Assembly (NCBI RefSeq): GCF_963921235.1
Contig: NC_086101.1
Location: forward strand, 164,920,001 to 164,984,000
From: Mobula hypostoma
Lineage: Eukaryota
Direction of reading: 5' to 3'
DNA length: 64,000 bases
Part shown: positions 63,230 to 64,000 of the stretch, piece by piece
Numbering within the stretch: the first letter of the stretch is position 1
Layout: each line of letters starts with the position of its first letter
Position numbers and translations under genes: made by a program
Notes under the pieces: generated by a model
Told to the model about the DNA's origin: nothing
Databases searched by the model: none
Seen by the model: the letters and a program-made list of their open reading frames with translations, nothing else

Positions 63230-64000
63230 CTGTTTGAAGCATAAACAGAGACAAATAATATCAGATCTTTATTCGGATGAAAGGCTACCAAGTAGAAATA
63301 TTAACAGTTAATCTGCATGGAAATGCCACATATTTGCATTAATTTTAAAATAAAATCAAAGATGCCTTGGGATATTGCTTTCTTCTGACCTGCCTGGACT
63401 GGTTCAGATTTACCCCCTTAATATCCTTTAGACAAAATGATGTTCATCAAATGATTTTGCAAACTAAGCCCATGCTCATATTCCTTAACTCTGCACTAAA
63501 AGCTTCCTGCTTGCTCAAAAATGTAGCATCTACTTTGTATGTCGACTATATTCCCAATTCATGAAGTTTTTAAGTCTTGTCGAGCTGTTTCCCTTAACCT
63601 TGTGCAACACACTTATGCCAGCTTTACTCTTTACAGAATGTCTTCCTGATCCATATCAATGGAAGCTGAGCATTGACATATAATGAGTTTGTTTTTAAAA
63701 AGCATCCCTGACCAAGTAACGAGAGCGAGAGAGAAAGAGCGCATGAGAGAAAAAGAGAGCACGAGAGCGAGACAGACTAAACTTAAATGGAAAAGAATGT
63801 GTGGTTTAATACTGTAGAATTCAGTGATATCAAACGAGTTGGGACATGGGGGAATGATGATAGATAGCAACGCATTAAAGCAATTCACCGCATTAACCAC
63901 CTGCACAACACAGCATTTTATGTACAACTTCAAAAGATATTCAATGTCTTTTTTTAAAAACGTGTTGCATGACTTCTGTTTGGGTATACTTTTCTAGAAG

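Overview
Vertebrate genomic DNA, most likely a cartilaginous fish such as a ray (inferred from the repeat landscape, not verified). The window appears to lie entirely within the minus-strand LHFPL2 gene. The only host coding sequence I can support is its first coding exon (25843-25414, ending at an AG|GTAAG donor). I did not find the terminal coding exon, which probably lies left of base 1. There are also candidate 5'-UTR exons. Roughly half of the window is transposon-derived: an IR/DR Tc1, a Tigger/pogo deletion derivative, a Harbinger-like MITE, CR1, Rex/Babar and RNase H-bearing Nimb/I-type LINEs, a decayed Gypsy element, a tRNA-derived SINE, and many Neptune-type Penelope-like element (PLE) pieces. 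The most interesting non-obvious signal is in the PLE termini. They carry a 36-nt minimal type I hammerhead ribozyme (AGTC-CTGAnGA-stem II-GAAA-CGTC-GACT) in about 15 intact or decayed copies, and most intact copies are in the LHFPL2 sense orientation. These PLE pieces include short insertions with 9-15 bp target-site duplications (TSDs), palindromic forms, and a young 5'-truncated copy with an uninterrupted RT + GIY-YIG frame. PLE hammerheads are known in general, so I do not claim a wholly new system. Coordinates are hand-counted, and the ends of decayed repeats are approximate.
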